A stretch of 64,000 nt of DNA from NCBI GenBank assembly GCA_023489235.1, contig JAMDDE010000012.1, positions 34,570-98,569 on the forward strand. The letters run 5' to 3'. The notes beneath the pieces are model-generated. The model was not told the DNA's origin. It saw only the letters and a program-made list of their open reading frames with translations, and ran no database searches. The position numbers and the translations under genes are program-made. Numbering within the stretch: the stretch's first letter is position 1; the number at the start of each line of letters is the position of its first letter. This document shows, in pieces, positions 28,108 to 35,999 of the stretch. This DNA comes from Actinomycetota bacterium. Lineage in GTDB: Bacteria > Actinomycetota > Acidimicrobiia > Acidimicrobiales > JAMDDE01.

Positions 28108-28135
28108 GCGTTATTCGGCAGGGACAGCGTTATCG
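28108..28135. repeat. copy 2 of the 28-bp direct repeat
   Basis: GCGTTATTCGGCAgggacAGCGTTATCG. It overlaps the stop codon and 3' end of the 127-aa membrane-protein gene. Confidence 0.75.
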
Positions 28136-28494
28136 CTGCTGGACGAAGAGGAAGAAGTGGCCGTTGAAGAAGGCGTGTTGGAGTGCTGAGCTATGGCGGA
28201 CTGCTCCTTCGGTAGAGCAGATGTAGGCATATCTGCAGGTTGAGTGGTGCTGTAGAGATTCTCGGCTTGGTTGATCCCTTTACTGCGCTCACTGCTCGCT
28301 TGGCGTTCCTTGCTGGCTGCATAATCCCTTATGACCTTGGATACGAGGGCTCCTCCTGCCCAGCAGAAGAGCAGCGCTATCAGAAAGCGAATCAGTGCAG
28401 TTTCGGTGGAGATGGAGCCACTCAACACCCCTGGGATCATTGGAGACGAAATAAGCACTGCTGCAGCTAGAACTAGCTCAGGGTGGCGAATCAC
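28111..28494 (-). CDS. hypothetical small membrane protein (two predicted TM helices, Ser-rich tail)
   Basis: GTG start preceded by GGGGGAAGGGAGA. Hydrophobic segments LVLAAAVLISSPMIPGVL and LIRFLIALLFCWAGGALV. It sits directly downstream of the FlhF-like gene on the same strand. I recognise no family. Confidence 0.5.
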   Translation of the reverse strand: MIRHPELVLAAAVLISSPMIPGVLSGSISTETALIRFLIALLFCWAGGALVSKVIRDYAASKERQASSERSKGINQAENLYSTTQPADMPTSALPKEQSAIAQHSNTPSSTATSSSSSSSDNAVPAE

Positions 28495-28556
28495 TCTCCC
28501 TTCCCCCAGTCCTTTATATACGTTCCCTCTGTCTCCTTGTCACACCACATATCTGA

Positions 28557-30221
28557 TCAGACGCTGATGCTTTCCTCCACGATCTCGCTATCTAAGGATA
28601 ATCTGGCGGCTATGAGAGCAGCCCACATCTCTGGGGTAGCCGGTTTGTTGTCGATCATGGCTACGGGTATACCCAACTCTAATATCTCCGCTGGCGAAGT
28701 TGTTGAATCAGTACCTGTGAGCACTAAAGCATCCAATGGCCCTAGATCGTTGGCCCAGTCGGCAATATCAGCCGTTTTGGTGGTGGCATCAACTATTCCC
28801 CATGTACTGGTTGCTTCGAGGGCATTCAGGACGTGGCGGGCCCATGAACGGTAGGGGCTGTTCACTGCCGCGGTCACTGCTACGATGATTGGGCTGCGAC
28901 GGCGCTTCCAAGATGCACGGCGTTCTATCGCAGCAGCAGCGGAGCGAATATACAACTGGGATGGTCCTTGCCAATCTTGATTTGGAGGTACTGCCAACTG
29001 GATTTCAGCGGGATCCAAGCCGAGCTTGTTCGCCAATAGAGTGGACAAGTGTTTAGCATGCTCGAAATGTCCCACCACAGCTAAAATAGCCTTTCCTGTG
29101 CGGGGTAAAGCTGGTGGAGGTGGTAGGTGGGCTGCCAAGGACTTGATCAACGCTGTGGATATATCAGTGGAGGTAGTGGCAGCAGAAAGCTCTGGAGTAG
29201 CAGATATGAGCTCTTGGGGTAATCCAATACGTGACAATTGGTCGAATAGGTGAGCAGATGGCGATGAGTCTTCTTTGCTCAGGTGGCTTTCTTCGTTTGG
29301 CTCATGCAGGAGCAGGAGAGATGCTTTGTCCTCTGGGGTGGAGTCCTCTGGGGTGGAGTCCTCTGGGGTGGTAGTTGGGAGCAATTCCTGCTCTGGATGA
29401 GCCTCCTCTATGTAGTCGGTAGCTACGCTGCTCCTGTTGTTGGAGGTGCCGTTGGTTGAGTCGCTGGTCTCCTTGACTGCTTCAAGGAGACCAGCCGATA
29501 TCTTGGAAGCCTCGGTGTCGTTTAGTTCATTGGATGCATTTACCGAGATGGAAGAGTCCTTGGCGAGCTGGCGCATGATCTCCTTGAATGGATGCTTTTC
29601 CGTGGAGATCTCCAGGTGATCATTGGTGTTCTCTGCCATGGCAGCGAGCATCTCTGCTGGGTTTGAATGGCCAATTTCTCGAGGAGCAGAATCATTTGGC
29701 TGAGCAGGATACGCTTGGTAGATATGGGCAGCTTTGGAGGAAGCGATAGCGTCGTAGCTATCCATACCCTTTTGAATTTGAACTGCTTCTTTTGCAGTTT
29801 CAGCTTTGGTTATTGAAGCCTTTGGAGGCTTGTTGTTGTTCTTCGCAACCTCCGCTGATCCGTCGAGGTCTTTGCTCCGTTCGGTTATCGTGTTGTTCTT
29901 CGCAACCTCCGCTGATCCAAGCTGTTTTTTTGGACGAGGTGAGTTCATTCGAGAAGTAAGTGAACGATTTCGTGAAGCACCACTCTCTGCATTCTTTGTG
30001 CTAGTACTCTTTTCCCCTTGATCTTTCCCGAGATCATTTGCGTTGTCGTCTGGAAGGCTTACTACCAGTTCGAATCTTTCCTTGGCAAAGAATCCTGCTA
30101 TGCCACCCTTGCGAACTCTGCCAGCATGAATGATACGAGCATCTTTACCGAGCTCTTTCCAGATACGATCGAACAGTTTCTCTAACGAAGGGCCCTCATA
30201 CAGGAGCTGTCTCGTCGACAT
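28557..30221 (-). CDS. FlhF-like protein with degenerate SRP-type GTPase motifs
   Basis: The N-terminus (LEKLFDRIWKELGKDARIIHAGRVRKGGIAGFFAKERFELVV) resembles the FlhF B-domain. The C-terminal ~190 aa align in order with the FlhF NG fold, but G1 is VVGHFEHAKHL (not GPTGVGKTT), G3 is IIVAVTAA (not DTAGR) and G4 is LTGTDST (not TKLDET). It lies immediately downstream of flhA. Confidence 0.6.
   Translation of the reverse strand: MSTRQLLYEGPSLEKLFDRIWKELGKDARIIHAGRVRKGGIAGFFAKERFELVVSLPDDNANDLGKDQGEKSTSTKNAESGASRNRSLTSRMNSPRPKKQLGSAEVAKNNTITERSKDLDGSAEVAKNNNKPPKASITKAETAKEAVQIQKGMDSYDAIASSKAAHIYQAYPAQPNDSAPREIGHSNPAEMLAAMAENTNDHLEISTEKHPFKEIMRQLAKDSSISVNASNELNDTEASKISAGLLEAVKETSDSTNGTSNNRSSVATDYIEEAHPEQELLPTTTPEDSTPEDSTPEDKASLLLLHEPNEESHLSKEDSSPSAHLFDQLSRIGLPQELISATPELSAATTSTDISTALIKSLAAHLPPPPALPRTGKAILAVVGHFEHAKHLSTLLANKLGLDPAEIQLAVPPNQDWQGPSQLYIRSAAAAIERRASWKRRRSPIIVAVTAAVNSPYRSWARHVLNALEATSTWGIVDATTKTADIADWANDLGPLDALVLTGTDSTTSPAEILELGIPVAMIDNKPATPEMWAALIAARLSLDSEIVEESISV
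29330..29371. repeat. 15-bp tandem repeat, 2.8 copies, in frame inside the FlhF-like gene
   Basis: CCTCTGGGGTGGAGT repeated; it encodes TPEDSTPEDSTPED on the minus strand. Confidence 0.9.
29834..29918. repeat. 28-bp direct repeat with 57-bp period inside the FlhF-like gene
   Basis: TGTTGTTCTTCGCAACCTCCGCTGATCC occurs at 29834-29861 and 29891-29918. It encodes the duplicated GSAEVAKNN segment. Confidence 0.9.
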
Positions 30222-32244
30222 CGCTCACCATTCCTACTCTTTCTATCCGTACTTGTGGACCAATCTCGTCAACAGACATTATCGCTACTCTTGGAACTGC
30301 AACTTTGAGCATCCTACGCAACGGGGGGCGCAGCTTTGGAGAGCATAAGAGGACTGGTTGGAAACCACGCTGCTCTGCTTGTTCGGCTAGTGTGCTTATT
30401 TCTCTTGCTAACTGTTCGGTGTGCGGTGCGTCAAGCACCAACACGCTTCCTTGTTCCGTGGGACGCACTGCCTCTAGCAAGCGCTGCTCCAAGGTGGCTT
30501 CCATGGTTATGACACGTAGTATGCCATTACTTGAATATCGCGCGGTGATTGCTGGTCCCAGAGCTCTTCGGGCCGCTTCGAGCAGAAGCTCAGGGTCTTT
30601 GCTAGAGCGAGCTTGATTGGTCACGGCCTCTACGATTCGCACGAAGTCTCGGATAGGGACACCTTCGTCGAGAAGCCCCGCCAACACCTTATGAAGTTCG
30701 GTCAAACTTACAGGAATCGCTGCCATCTCCTCTACTATGGCGGGATCACTTTGTTTTGCTGCATCGAGCAGTTGACGAACTTGTTGGATGGATAGGAGGC
30801 TCGCAGCGTACTCATTGATGATCTCACTCAGGTGAGTAGTGATCACCGATGAACGGTCCACCACGGTAGCACCTTGTACAATTGCCTGTTGACGCAGGTC
30901 AACAGGAACCCACTTTGCACTGAGACCGAATACAGGCTCTACGGTTGGTTCTCCAGGTAGGTAATCCAAGCCGTCTCCAATAGCAAGCACCCTTCCTGGT
31001 GGAGCACTACCGCGAGCTACTTCTACACCATGCACTTTGATCAAGTAGGTTCCCGGATCCAAGTTTACGTTGTCTCTAGTTCTCACTGAAGGGAGTATGA
31101 ATCCTTTGTCTACAGCTACCTTGCGTCTGAGCCCCTTCACCCTCTCCAGCAGGTCGCCTCCTCGAGCAGAATCGACTAGATCTATCAAGTCTATGGCCAG
31201 TTCCAGCTCTATCGCTTCCAGTTTCATCTCTCCTGCCAACACCTCTGGGGCATCTATTGCTGGAGGTGGAGGTGGCTCTGGTGCAGGAGGTTGAGCGTTC
31301 TGGAGCGAACGACTTGCCCTGTAGCCTACGATGAGCGCAATTGCCCCAACTACCAAGAAGGCCAGGTGAGGCAGGCCAGGGAGGAAGGCTAGCAACGCCA
31401 TCACGATACCAGCTACGCGTAGTGCTCGGTGCTGATTACGAAACTGTCCGATGAGGTCGGTACCGAAGTCTTCCTCTTCAGCGGCTGCTCTGGTTACCAC
31501 GATTCCAGTGGATATGGAGAGCAGCAAGGCTGGAATCTGGGAGACTAGGCCATCACCAATGGAGAGCAGGCTATAGGTATGAACTGCCTGTGACAAGCTC
31601 ATGTGTTTTTCGATGACACCAATGGCGAAACCGCCTATCAAATTGATGGCCACGATGACTACTGCTGCAATGGCATCGCCCCTTACGAACTTGGATGCCC
31701 CATCCATTGCTCCATAGAAGTCGGCTTCATCGGAGATCTCCTGTCTCCTCCTCTTCGCCTCGGCTTCATCGATCAAGCCAGCGTTCAGGTCGGCATCTAT
31801 TGACATCTGCTTCCCTGGCATGGCATCCAAAGTAAAACGAGCAGCTACCTCGGCTACTCGTCCAGATCCGTTGGTGACCACTACGAACTGGATGACTATC
31901 AGGATGAGAAAGACGACCAATCCGACTACCAGCGATCCGCCTACGACGAAATGGCCGAAGCTTTCGATTACTGTACCGGCGTAAGCATGTAGCAGTATCA
32001 ATCGAGTAGCACTTACGTTCAAGGCTAGGCGGAACATAGTAGCAACCAACAGCAAGGTCGGGAAAGCAGAGAAATCGAGCGGTCGCTTGACATGCATGGT
32101 GGTCAACAGGACCACTACTGTAAAAGTGATATTGCTGCTTATCAGCACGTCCAGCAGGACGGTGGGCATGGGGATGATAAGCATCACTACGATGGAGACC
32201 ACCGCAGCGGGTACCCCTATTATACCTATCTTGCTAGAAGACAT
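30196..32244 (-). CDS. flhA: flagellar type III export apparatus protein FlhA
   Basis: FHIPEP family: ISSNITFTVVVLLTT, FPTLLLVATMFRLALNVSATRLIL, GSGRVAEVAARFTLDAMPGKQMSIDADL, and a C-terminal cytoplasmic domain. Confidence 0.93.
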   Translation of the reverse strand: MSSSKIGIIGVPAAVVSIVVMLIIPMPTVLLDVLISSNITFTVVVLLTTMHVKRPLDFSAFPTLLLVATMFRLALNVSATRLILLHAYAGTVIESFGHFVVGGSLVVGLVVFLILIVIQFVVVTNGSGRVAEVAARFTLDAMPGKQMSIDADLNAGLIDEAEAKRRRQEISDEADFYGAMDGASKFVRGDAIAAVVIVAINLIGGFAIGVIEKHMSLSQAVHTYSLLSIGDGLVSQIPALLLSISTGIVVTRAAAEEEDFGTDLIGQFRNQHRALRVAGIVMALLAFLPGLPHLAFLVVGAIALIVGYRASRSLQNAQPPAPEPPPPPAIDAPEVLAGEMKLEAIELELAIDLIDLVDSARGGDLLERVKGLRRKVAVDKGFILPSVRTRDNVNLDPGTYLIKVHGVEVARGSAPPGRVLAIGDGLDYLPGEPTVEPVFGLSAKWVPVDLRQQAIVQGATVVDRSSVITTHLSEIINEYAASLLSIQQVRQLLDAAKQSDPAIVEEMAAIPVSLTELHKVLAGLLDEGVPIRDFVRIVEAVTNQARSSKDPELLLEAARRALGPAITARYSSNGILRVITMEATLEQRLLEAVRPTEQGSVLVLDAPHTEQLAREISTLAEQAEQRGFQPVLLCSPKLRPPLRRMLKVAVPRVAIMSVDEIGPQVRIERVGMVSDVDETAPV

Positions 32245-32381
32245 AGCACCTTTTGATGGCTCTTTACTCTCGGTCTACGGTAAGGCCTAGCTACAACTGA
32301 GTTACCCAGAATGACAGTTGAACTATGCCCGAATCCATCCGTGGCCTAATGCTATTAGCGCCATCCTGGCACTTTAAGTAC

Positions 32382-32409
32382 TTATCGACCAGTGGGGGCA
32401 GATGCTTTA
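32382..32409 (-). promoter_or_regulatory. sigma-28-type promoter candidate upstream of flhA
   Basis: The minus strand reads TAAA-N16-GTCGATAA (consensus TAAA-N15-GCCGATAA), ~130 nt upstream of the flhA ATG. Confidence 0.5.
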
Positions 32410-32491
32410 GCATCTTATTTCCAGTTCAACCCACTGCTTCTCCCTGGCTTCTTAAGTGTCCAGGAGAAGGTGTTGACCTTCTCTTTGCTCC

Positions 32492-34876
32492 TCAGGTCTT
32501 CAAGGAGGATTGCCTGGTGCTTAGAGGAGGGTAGTAATTGGCTTCCAGCAGCTTCGAGTTGAAATCAGGCCACAGTATACCGATGCTCGCTTCCACCGAT
32601 ACTCTTTCCGTCTCGTCGATGAGTCGCAATGCCTCCGCCAGCAGTTGGATCGCAGATTCATCACCGAAGGACCCTACTATAGTGGCTGCACACACAGCTC
32701 GTTCGACTGGATGACGCCTTGTGTCAACTGCCATGGCAGTAAGCGGACAGGACTGTACCAACCCGTATGCACGAAGTCGTGAAGACCAAACCAGTGCACG
32801 AGCTATCGGTAGCTCAGGTGCAATTCGTGCAGCTGTGGCCAGAATGGACAGCATCTCTGGCCACTTGGCGTACAGTGCTTCCAGTAATATGTCTGCTCGC
32901 TGGGGGTGAATGGTAACGAGTTGAGCCAGGAAGGGTACGAGGTTCTTCTTGGGGAGCACCTCCACCATCTCGGTTATGTCTCTCCTAGCCGCTATGAGCA
33001 GCTCTATTAGATCGTTCAGGCTAGTATCCAGGATTCCTTCCTTTGCCAGTAGGGACAATAGTACATTGGCAGCTTCATCGGGTCTTCCGATCATGGCTAG
33101 AGCCTTTGAGCGCAGAGCAGTGGTAGAGTCAGCGAGGTACTCAAAACCGTCCTCATCTATAATTTTTTCAGGTAGCCTATCCAAGAGGGAGAGAGCTTCT
33201 TCGGGGCGACCCAAGTTGATCAGCACCCTAGCCTCCAAGGCATCCGTATAGGCTGGCGTGGAAGTGGACTCTCGAAGCCTTTTTATCCAAGAAAGAGCAT
33301 CCTCCGAACGATTGGAGAGGATGCAGGCCTCTATTCCTGCCCTGAGCGCTACTCTGATGACGATGGGGTAGTCCTTTATGAGGGCTATCCCTTCCTCCAG
33401 GATCGTTGTTGCCTCTCTCAACCCCTCTTCGGTGCCCACCCCTACGATGGTACGACCCAAGTTAACCAAAGCAATACCACGCTCTGCGGGGGTCCTTGCT
33501 CTTTCCACTGCAGCCTTGGCTATGGCAAGGTTGCGTTCTAGTTTGTTGCGAGTAGCAAGCATGTGGTTCAGATAGCCGTAGTGAGTTATGCGTAGCTCAG
33601 AGGTCATAGCTACTCCGAGGGCACGTTTGTTACCCTTGGCCATGAGGTACTCATGTAGGGTGCCCACCCATTCACCAGCTTGAGCTCGGAACAAGCGACA
33701 GGCTGTGTGCACTGACTTGGAGTTGGCTCCCGTTCCCGTGAGGTTGTCTATAGCGACTATGAAACCTTCCACCTCTCTAGGTTGTAGAGCAAGAGAGTGC
33801 CTCAATGAAGTCTTGTCAGGGCATTCCAAGGTCTCGTCGGCATCCATCCAGAGGATCCACTCTCCCCGGCAATGTTTCAATGCTTCGTTCCTTGCTCGTG
33901 CGAAATCATCGTCCCAGTACCCTTCTATGACCTTTGCACCTTGTGAACGAGCTATCTCTTTGGTGGAGTCGGATGAGCCCGTATCGTAGAGAACGATCTC
34001 GTCAACGAAATCATCCATGGATGCTATACAGTCAGGCAAGGACCTCTCTTCATCTTTGGCAATGAGACAAGCGGAGACTAAAGGTGCAGGAGAATGGGGG
34101 GGTGGGGTTCCATGGGAGCTCCGGTAACTAAGCATGCTCTCTTGTTGAGCAGTAAACCAGTCGATGCCATTGGCTTGAAAACTGCTATGCCCCTCGTGGT
34201 ATATGAAGACATCCTCTGTCACTACCAAGTTCCACCCTTTGAGAGCAAGCTCAGATGACAAAATTTCATATTCGAATCCATACCTGCCTGGCTCTCCAAC
34301 GAAACCCCCTACAGCTTCGAAAGCACTTCTTCGTACGGCAATACACGGTTCAGCCAGGTATTCCACTCCCCTGAGGGAGGCGTGGTGCAAGCGGGCCCAA
34401 GCAGTACTGGCTTCGCGTAACTGAGCCAGATCTCCTGCAAGGCAAGAGACTCCTCGTGCAAGTTGCATTGTAGAGGAGGTGTAGTTGGACATTCCTCCTG
34501 TTGCAGCAACATCTGCATCTGCAAAGGGAGCGATCAGTCGATCCAGCCATCGAGGGGGCACCAGGGTGTCGTTATGCAAGAAGACGACTATCTCGGATGA
34601 GCTTACCTCTATGGCTTGGTTGCAAGCGGCAGCAAATCCAAGATTGTTGTCATTGGACACGACCTTGACCCAAGGGTAGAAATGGAGGCGCTTTCCTGTC
34701 TCGTCACCTGATCCGTTGTCCACGACTACCACCTCGTCATCGGGGGATATGGTGGCACGTAATGAGTCCAGGCATGCCTGGGTAGCTTTCCAAGCGTTCC
34801 AGACAGGGATGACTATGGTTGCCCTCTTAGGTCTGTGTCCACTACTTGCTCGAGCGCGCCTCTGCTTGTCCACCAA
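32492..34876 (-). CDS. three-module glycosyltransferase: GT2 + GT2 + TPR-like helical repeats
   Basis: Module 1: TIVIPVWNAWKATQACLDSL...VVVVDNGSGDETG...NLGFAAACN. Module 2: SACLIAKDEERSLPDCIASM...VLYDTGSSDST...WILWMDADE. The C-terminal ~330 aa are helical repeats of TPR type. Confidence 0.8.
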   Translation of the reverse strand: MVDKQRRARASSGHRPKRATIVIPVWNAWKATQACLDSLRATISPDDEVVVVDNGSGDETGKRLHFYPWVKVVSNDNNLGFAAACNQAIEVSSSEIVVFLHNDTLVPPRWLDRLIAPFADADVAATGGMSNYTSSTMQLARGVSCLAGDLAQLREASTAWARLHHASLRGVEYLAEPCIAVRRSAFEAVGGFVGEPGRYGFEYEILSSELALKGWNLVVTEDVFIYHEGHSSFQANGIDWFTAQQESMLSYRSSHGTPPPHSPAPLVSACLIAKDEERSLPDCIASMDDFVDEIVLYDTGSSDSTKEIARSQGAKVIEGYWDDDFARARNEALKHCRGEWILWMDADETLECPDKTSLRHSLALQPREVEGFIVAIDNLTGTGANSKSVHTACRLFRAQAGEWVGTLHEYLMAKGNKRALGVAMTSELRITHYGYLNHMLATRNKLERNLAIAKAAVERARTPAERGIALVNLGRTIVGVGTEEGLREATTILEEGIALIKDYPIVIRVALRAGIEACILSNRSEDALSWIKRLRESTSTPAYTDALEARVLINLGRPEEALSLLDRLPEKIIDEDGFEYLADSTTALRSKALAMIGRPDEAANVLLSLLAKEGILDTSLNDLIELLIAARRDITEMVEVLPKKNLVPFLAQLVTIHPQRADILLEALYAKWPEMLSILATAARIAPELPIARALVWSSRLRAYGLVQSCPLTAMAVDTRRHPVERAVCAATIVGSFGDESAIQLLAEALRLIDETERVSVEASIGILWPDFNSKLLEANYYPPLSTRQSSLKT

Positions 34877-34881
34877 TGTAT

Positions 34882-34889
34882 CTATCGGT
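34882..34889 (-). promoter_or_regulatory. CCGATA-type -10 element close to the glycosyltransferase start codon
   Basis: The minus strand reads ACCGATAG-ataca-TTG-GTG. It is 5 nt from the TTG or 8 nt from the GTG candidate start. There is no SD and no clear -35. Confidence 0.3.
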
Positions 34890-34913
34890 GTGACAGAACC
34901 ATCACTATAGCTT

Positions 34914-34940
34914 TAAGTTACCCGCTTCCCCGACCGATAA
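34914..34940 (+). promoter_or_regulatory. sigma-28-type promoter candidate for the chemotaxis operon
   Basis: TAAG-N15-ACCGATAA, ~100 nt upstream of the REC-CheX-like start. Confidence 0.55.
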
Positions 34941-35039
34941 ATAACATGAACCACCGGAGAGTGAGATCACTCACCTCCTTTGGAAGTGGCAACCCTCCAG
35001 CACAGGACAGGATGTCGGTGGACGAAGATCTAGGTAGGT

Positions 35040-35900
35040 GTGATGCGTGTACTTGTAGTCGATGACAGTAGGGCAATGAGGATGATCATAAAGCGAGAGC
35101 TGCGTGCCGTGGAAGGGCTCGATGATGTCTTGGAGGCCGATAGTGCTGAAGCAGCAATCAACGTCCTCACCGAAGAGGCGGTCGATCTCGTACTGAGCGA
35201 TTGGAACATGCCAGGTATGAGTGGATTCGAGTTCTTGAAGTTGATTCGAGATGCTGGTTGGAATGGGCACTTTGGTTTCATAACCTCAGAGGCAGCAGAG
35301 TCTACCCGTATACAGGCTTTGGAGGCAGGTGCAGCGTTCCTTCTCACCAAGCCTTTTACGGGAGCAGATCTAGCGCATAACATCTCGTTGCTTTCTACTG
35401 GAGGCAGTAGCTCATATGACGAAGCAACTTCCAGTACGAGTGAGGAGGGCCCCTCCGTATCCTCGGTTCTGGAAGGGCTGCTCCACCGTGGGGTTACAGT
35501 AACCAAAGCAGATCCACCTCGGAGAGAGATGGCTAGGGCTCTGGCGCGATATGTCAATACCGCAGGTGAGTTCAAAGCTGCCTGCATGGCAGAGATCACC
35601 TTTGCCGCTTCGGCAGGAGCTGCTCTCTCGATGGTGCCTCCAGCAACTGCTTCGGAGTGGGCACGATCCGGTGCTCTTACGGAGATGATTGCTCAGAACT
35701 TCTACGAGGTTGCCAATGTCTTGGCTCCGGTGGTCAGCTTGGGAGGTCCTCATGTCCGATTGTCGGATGTGATCATGCTAGCCGATTTCGAGAAGCCACC
35801 TGATGCAGAGAGGATCACCAACCCGGCCAAGCAAGTCAACTTTAACGTGACCATCGAGGGGTACGAATCGGGCAGGATTGCTTTGATCAGCCTTTCTTGA
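35040..35900 (+). CDS. response-regulator receiver fused to a CheX/CheC-like domain
   Basis: REC domain: VVDDSRAMR, LVLSDWNMPGMSG, ITSE, LLTKPF. The C-terminal ~150 aa align with the CheX encoded at 41362 (FAASAGAALSMV... vs LAAAKHAASIMF...; YEVANVLA vs GELVNIVG, sharing the E-x2-N motif). Confidence 0.6.
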   Translation: MMRVLVVDDSRAMRMIIKRELRAVEGLDDVLEADSAEAAINVLTEEAVDLVLSDWNMPGMSGFEFLKLIRDAGWNGHFGFITSEAAESTRIQALEAGAAFLLTKPFTGADLAHNISLLSTGGSSSYDEATSSTSEEGPSVSSVLEGLLHRGVTVTKADPPRREMARALARYVNTAGEFKAACMAEITFAASAGAALSMVPPATASEWARSGALTEMIAQNFYEVANVLAPVVSLGGPHVRLSDVIMLADFEKPPDAERITNPAKQVNFNVTIEGYESGRIALISLS

Positions 35901-35999
35901 GTAAGTGAGTACGGCTTTCTTGGATTGAAGTGGAGTTGAGAGGTTGTTGGTGGTGCAGCAGGGATTGATGAGGAAGCGACAAGAGGCAAAGGACGAGAC

